Of a stretch of 64,000 nt of DNA, positions 59,531 through 64,000 are shown in pieces. The DNA is from an uncultured beta proteobacterium (lineage in GTDB: Bacteria; Pseudomonadota; Gammaproteobacteria; Burkholderiales; SG8-41). The notes under the pieces are model-generated. The model did no database searches, was not told the DNA's origin, and saw nothing but the letters and a program-made list of their open reading frames with translations. The translations under genes and the position numbers were made by a program. Numbering within the stretch: the stretch's first letter is position 1; every line of letters begins with the position of its first letter. The stretch covers positions 3,479 to 67,478 of the forward strand of contig CAISJL010000117.1 of NCBI GenBank assembly GCA_903885665.1, read 5' to 3'.

Positions 59531-60031
59531 ATGATTCAACTGAATATCAATGGTCGCCCCTATCGTGTTGCGGTCGAAGCAGATACCCCCTTGTTATGGG
59601 TTATTCGCGAACATGTCGGTTTGACAGGTACTAAATATGGCTGCGGTGTTGCGCAGTGTGGTGCGTGCTCTATCCACTTAAATGGTCAGTTAGTGCGTTC
59701 TTGCTCGTTGCCCGTCAGTGCAGTCAAGGCTACCGATAAGATCACCACGATTGAAGGCATCTCTGCGGATAACTCGCATCCAGTGCAAAAAGCCTGGGCC
59801 GAGATCGATGTGCCGCAGTGTGGTTACTGCCAATCAGGACAGGTCATGGCGGCAGTGGCTTTGCTCAAACGCAAGCCAAAGCCGACAGATAAGGACATTG
59901 ATGAGGTGATGACGAATATCTGTCGTTGTGGCACTTATCATCGGATTCGCGCAGCGGTGCATATTGCCGCTGGGAGCACTAAGGTCAGCGCGACTGAGGT
60001 GCCTGTGACTACCGATCAACAGACTGTCTAG
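59531..60031 (+). CDS. 2x[2Fe-2S] small subunit of an IorA/CoxS-type molybdenum hydroxylase
   Basis: GTKYGCGVAQCGAC, SC, PQCGYCQSGQ, NICRCGTY; AGGAG RBS; no export signal. Confidence 0.93.
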   Translation: MIQLNINGRPYRVAVEADTPLLWVIREHVGLTGTKYGCGVAQCGACSIHLNGQLVRSCSLPVSAVKATDKITTIEGISADNSHPVQKAWAEIDVPQCGYCQSGQVMAAVALLKRKPKPTDKDIDEVMTNICRCGTYHRIRAAVHIAAGSTKVSATEVPVTTDQQTV

Positions 60032-60048
60032 GCCGAGGAAAAATACAC

Positions 60049-62253
60049 ATGAATAATAAACAACAAGTTGGCGCAGAATTAGATCCAACACGCCGTCAGT
60101 TTTTAGTGTCTTCTGCGGCGGTTGGTGGTGGTTTAGCTATTGGTATTCAATTGCCGTTTGGTGCGACTGAAGCGGCCGCGCAAAGTGCTGCGGACGCAGC
60201 AGAGGTGGGTATTTGGGTAGCGATACGGCCTGACGATACTTGCGTGATTCGGATTGTGCGTTCAGAGATGGGCCAAGGCACGCGCACTGGTCTTGCTCAG
60301 TTGGTGGCTGAAGAGTTGGAATGCGATTGGAAACGTGTGACTGTCGAACAAGTCACTGCTGGTCGTAATGTGAAGAGCAAACGCGCATGGGGTGATATGT
60401 CTACTGGGGGTAGTCGTGGTATTCGCACATCCCAAGAATATGTGCGAGGTGGCGGCGCTGTGGCGCGGACAATGCTATTACAAGCGGCTGCAAATGAATG
60501 GCAAGTGCCGGTGGCAGAGTTGAAAGTAGCGGCAGGGGTAATTACCCATGCTAGTTCTGGGCGTACTACCACCTACGGAAAAGTGGCTACTGCTGCAGCG
60601 AAACTGCCACAACCTGACTACAAGAGTATTCAGCTCAAGAATCCAAAAGATTGGAAGATCGCAGGTAAGCCCTTAAAGCGTTTGGATACCCTAGACAAGC
60701 TTAACGGCCAGAAGAAATTTGGCTTTGACTTGCAATTGCCCGGCATGCTGCATGCCACGGTGAAAGACTGTCCAGTCTATGGTGGTAAGTTGGTGAGTTT
60801 CGATGACGCTAAAGTCAAGACCATGCCTGGTGTGAAGCAGGTGCTTAGAGTGAATGCTACTACGGTGGGTGTGGTTGCTGATACCTGGTGGCGTGCTAAA
60901 AAAGCATTGGATGCGCTTCCCATTGTTTGGGATGAAGGTCCTAATGCCAAGGTAAATAGCGCCAGTATTGCTGAGCATTTGAAATCAGGCTTAACATCAG
61001 ATGATGCATTTGCGGATACCAATACGGGTGATGCGATCAATGCGATTGCTGGGGCCACAAAGAAAATCGAGGCGGTCTATAGTGTGCCGTTCTCGGGTCA
61101 CGCGATGATGGAACCGATTAATTGTACCGTGAAGCTCTCGGCAGATCGTGCGGAGTTATGGATTCCGTCACAAAATGCGGATGCCTCGATTGCAACGTTG
61201 TCCACTGCAACTGGGCTGCCACAAACACAATGTGAAGTTTATATTCAAGACTTGGGCGGCGGCTTTGGCCGACGTGGAGTGCAAGATGTCGTTGGGCAAG
61301 CGGTAGCCATTGCTAAAAATTATCCGGGTGTGCCGGTAAAGCTGGCATGGTCGCGGGAAGAAGATCAGTCGCACGACTTCTATCGCCCGATTGCGCAATG
61401 TAAATTGTCAGCAGGTGTGGATGCTAATGGTAATTTAGCGGGCATGCACATTCGAGTATCAGGTCAGTCGATTAACGCTTATTTGAATCCGGCTGCCATT
61501 ATTGGTGGTAAGGATAAACGACAGCTGCAAGGTATGTGGCCAGAGCCGCATGATGCGCAGTTCGGCTATACCCATCCGAATCTGAAGATCGAGTATGCAA
61601 TGCGTAACACCCACATACCGGTAGGCGCATGGCGCGGTGTGAATACCAATCAAAATGGCATTTTTACCGAATGCTTCATGGATGAGGTAGCGCGATTGGC
61701 TGGTAAAGATCCGCTGGCCTTCAGGCGCGCGTTGATGGCTGAGCGGCCTAAGCACCTCGGTGTACTGAACGCCGCTGCCGAGCGTGCCGGATGGGGTAAG
61801 CCGCTACCCGCAGGTCGCTTCCGTGGTATTGCGCAGTTCATGGGCTACGCTAGTTATTCAGCCGCTGTTGCCGAGGTATCGGTGAGTGCTAAAGGTGAGG
61901 TGAAGGTGCATCGCATGGTGTTTGCATTAGATTGCGGTCATATCGTTAATCCGGATCAAGTGAACTCACAAATTGAAGGCTCAGTTGCCTACGGTATGAC
62001 GGCTTTACAAAGTGAGGTCTCGGTTGCACAAGGGCGGATTGTTGAAACCAACTTCCATAATTATCGTGTGATGCGTATCGCAGAAATGCCTAAGGTCGAG
62101 ACCGTATTAGTCCCTACAGGTGATTTCTGGGGTGGTGTGGGTGAACCGACAATTTGCGTTGTAGTGCCAGCCATTATGAATGCGATTCTAGCGGCAACTG
62201 GTAAGCCAGTGCGTGCACTACCGCTAGAGAAGCAAGGCTTGAAACTCGTCTAA
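60049..62253 (+). CDS. Tat-exported molybdopterin-binding large subunit, IorB-like (xanthine oxidase family)
   Basis: TRRQFL Tat motif, RSEMGQG, TGGSRG, GGGFGRR, WRGV, GGVGEP (catalytic Glu). Confidence 0.92.
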   Translation: MNNKQQVGAELDPTRRQFLVSSAAVGGGLAIGIQLPFGATEAAAQSAADAAEVGIWVAIRPDDTCVIRIVRSEMGQGTRTGLAQLVAEELECDWKRVTVEQVTAGRNVKSKRAWGDMSTGGSRGIRTSQEYVRGGGAVARTMLLQAAANEWQVPVAELKVAAGVITHASSGRTTTYGKVATAAAKLPQPDYKSIQLKNPKDWKIAGKPLKRLDTLDKLNGQKKFGFDLQLPGMLHATVKDCPVYGGKLVSFDDAKVKTMPGVKQVLRVNATTVGVVADTWWRAKKALDALPIVWDEGPNAKVNSASIAEHLKSGLTSDDAFADTNTGDAINAIAGATKKIEAVYSVPFSGHAMMEPINCTVKLSADRAELWIPSQNADASIATLSTATGLPQTQCEVYIQDLGGGFGRRGVQDVVGQAVAIAKNYPGVPVKLAWSREEDQSHDFYRPIAQCKLSAGVDANGNLAGMHIRVSGQSINAYLNPAAIIGGKDKRQLQGMWPEPHDAQFGYTHPNLKIEYAMRNTHIPVGAWRGVNTNQNGIFTECFMDEVARLAGKDPLAFRRALMAERPKHLGVLNAAAERAGWGKPLPAGRFRGIAQFMGYASYSAAVAEVSVSAKGEVKVHRMVFALDCGHIVNPDQVNSQIEGSVAYGMTALQSEVSVAQGRIVETNFHNYRVMRIAEMPKVETVLVPTGDFWGGVGEPTICVVVPAIMNAILAATGKPVRALPLEKQGLKLV

Positions 62254-62256
62254 GGA

Positions 62257-62745
62257 TTGTCAGCGATTGCTACGTGGCTATTGAAAATTGTGTTGTGGGG
62301 TGCTGTGATCACACTGTGTGATGCAGCGCCTCCTGACAATCATTCAGCAACAGCCGCATTAACAGCGGCTCATGTTTTGCAAACGGTGCAGGTGACTGGG
62401 GATGCGATTGCGATGCCACTAGCAACAAGTAGTGATCCAGCACGCGGCCGCGAGTTGGTGATGGGTCGTGAATCTAACTGTATGCTGTGTCATGCTATTC
62501 CTGAGACCGGTGCACAATTTATGGGCAATATCGGCCCCACATTATCAGGCGTTGCGCAGCGTTTGTCGGCAGCACAGATGCGCTTGCGAATTGTAGATCA
62601 ATCGCGCTTGAACCCGGCTACTGTAATGCCAGCGTATTATCGGACTGAAGGCCTCAGCTTGGTGGCACCCAGTTTTCAGGGTAAACCGGTTTTAAATGCA
62701 CAGCAAATCGAAGACGTGATTGCTTATTTACAAACCTTAAAGTAA
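62257..62745 (+). CDS. soxX: SoxX-like monoheme c-type cytochrome
   Basis: GDAI-PL, DPARGR, NCMLCH, GNIGPTL, LRLRIVD-like, NPATVMPAYY, IEDVIAYL. Start codon uncertain. Confidence 0.85.
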   Translation: MSAIATWLLKIVLWGAVITLCDAAPPDNHSATAALTAAHVLQTVQVTGDAIAMPLATSSDPARGRELVMGRESNCMLCHAIPETGAQFMGNIGPTLSGVAQRLSAAQMRLRIVDQSRLNPATVMPAYYRTEGLSLVAPSFQGKPVLNAQQIEDVIAYLQTLK

Positions 62746-62752
62746 AGCGTTT

Positions 62753-63202
62753 ATGATGAATCGTCGCACATTTTTGAGTTCTGGATTCTGCGCCTTGCCG
62801 TGGTGTACGCCAATAGCGTGGGCGCAAACAGAAACAAAACGTGAGCAGTTAATGCGTGAGGTCAGTGGGGGAGCCGTGGTTAATCCGGGGCGAGTGATTG
62901 TGGATACTCCAACGCTGGCTGATAACGGTCATTCGATACCAGTGCGGATTACTGTCGAGAGCCCAATGACGCCTGAAGATTACGTGCAGCGGGTGACGAT
63001 TCTAGCAGAACGTAATCCGCGTCCAATCGTGGCGAGTTTTATGTTTAGCCCTGCCTCAGGGCGGGCCGAGGTGATGACACGCATTCGTTTGGCCGATATT
63101 CAAGATGTGGTTGCGGTTGCCCAACTCGCTAATGGCACCTATTGGTATGGACAGACCAAGGTGATTGTTACTGAGTTAGCGTGTTTGGAAGAGGTGCGCT
63201 AG
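62753..63202 (+). CDS. soxY: SoxY-like carrier protein with a non-canonical C-terminus
   Basis: Tat motif NRRTFL, P-LADNG-SIPV, NPRP, TRIRLA; ends VIVTELACLEEVR instead of VKVTIGGCGG. Confidence 0.82.
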   Translation: MMNRRTFLSSGFCALPWCTPIAWAQTETKREQLMREVSGGAVVNPGRVIVDTPTLADNGHSIPVRITVESPMTPEDYVQRVTILAERNPRPIVASFMFSPASGRAEVMTRIRLADIQDVVAVAQLANGTYWYGQTKVIVTELACLEEVR

Positions 63203-63204
63203 AG

Positions 63205-63525
63205 ATGCTGGCGAGAATTCAAGTGCCTAGTCAAGCGCGTCGCGGTGAAGTGATGACGATTCGTATTTCGATTCAACACGCGATGGAGACCGGTTACCGT
63301 TTAGATGACTTTGGTCGTGCTTATCCCAAAAATGTGATACACACCCTGAGTTGTCATTACGGGGGCAAGGAAGTGTTTCGCGCTGAGATGGGCTCTGGCA
63401 TTGCGGCTAATCCTTATTTTGAGTTCTATGTGCTGGCCGATCAAAGTGGGGAGTTGCGCTTTGAATGGCAAGACGATTCTGGTGTAGGTGGTGCAGAGCG
63501 CGCGACCGTGCAGGTTGTGACTTGA
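63205..63525 (+). CDS. soxZ: SoxZ-like protein
   Basis: IQHAMETG (HPMETG-like), GIAANPYFEF, LRFEWQDD; GAGG RBS before ATG 63205. Confidence 0.87.
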   Translation: MLARIQVPSQARRGEVMTIRISIQHAMETGYRLDDFGRAYPKNVIHTLSCHYGGKEVFRAEMGSGIAANPYFEFYVLADQSGELRFEWQDDSGVGGAERATVQVVT

Positions 63526-63533
63526 TTCAACCG

Positions 63534-64000
63534 ATGTGGTGGCTGTGGTTCATGAGTATTGGCATATGGTGTGCAGTCACTCCATGGTCGAGTCATAGTG
63601 CTGAATCCATACCCCCCATATTCTCCATATCACCACCCGCTTCATCAACGCCACTAGCGCCATTGGGCCGCTCGGGAATCACCTTTGCAAGTCCAGACAT
63701 TCGTCAACTGCAAGCTGATAATTTTGCCAATCCAGGCATGCTTTGGGTAACACGTGGCGAGACTATATGGCGCACACCTAGCGGCGTGAAAGGCCAGGCC
63801 TGTGCCAGCTGTCATCAAGATGCTCAGCAAAGTATGCAAGGCGTGTCAGCGCGTTATCCACGACTCGATACAGGGCGTGGCACCATACTCAATATTGAAG
63901 GGCAGATTAATCGCTGTCGCCAAGAACAACAGGCTACTACGCCTTGGGTTTATGAGTCGGCGGATTTATTGGCAATGACTGCCTATTTGAATTACCAATC
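63534..64000 (+). CDS. soxA: SoxA-like c-type cytochrome (partial, runs off the window)
   Basis: Hand translation, open to the window end: ...DNFANPGMLWVTRGETIW...GQACASCH...ARYP...IEGQINRCRQEQQ...YES-DLLAMTAYL. Absent from the ORF track because there is no stop codon. Confidence 0.85.
   Translation, partial: MWWLWFMSIGIWCAVTPWSSHSAESIPPIFSISPPASSTPLAPLGRSGITFASPDIRQLQADNFANPGMLWVTRGETIWRTPSGVKGQACASCHQDAQQSMQGVSARYPRLDTGRGTILNIEGQINRCRQEQQATTPWVYESADLLAMTAYLNYQ

Overview
Chromosomal segment of a betaproteobacterium (moderate GC, roughly 50% by eye). The window starts exactly at an EcoRI site, GAATTC. It is mostly housekeeping: methionine/SAM cycle (metK-ahcY-metF, metX-metW, metH), lipid A acyltransferases, dapF-DUF484-xerC-rlmI, mreBCD-mrdA-rodA-rlpA, gatCAB, pyrE/xth/ampG, gshAB-EIIA-HPr-EI, porin-glnK-amtB, mpl, rnb-tonB-aroE-mtgA. 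I found no tRNA, rRNA, CRISPR array, transposase or prophage. Five features stand out. (1) At the right end, an operon couples a Tat-exported xanthine-oxidase-family Mo enzyme (IorAB type) to divergent SoxX-Y-Z-A paralogues; its SoxY has lost the GGCGG arm but kept the Cys, and SoxA runs off the window. (2) A metal-uptake island (about 11.7-20.5 kb) has two TonB-dependent receptor operons, each headed by a DUF2946/CruR-like leader ending in a RAPP/RGPP ribosome-arrest motif. One leader has CxxC (copper type); the other has a HxxxH + CxxD variant. (3) Two SAH riboswitches lie in tandem between metK and ahcY, one with a transcription-terminator platform and one with an RBS-sequestering platform. 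(4) A SAM-II riboswitch upstream of metX has a clear terminator/antiterminator. (5) A phage Cro/YdaS-like HTH domain is fused in frame to an alanine-glyoxylate-type aminotransferase, with an internal RBS. All calls come from motif recognition by eye; no searches were run.
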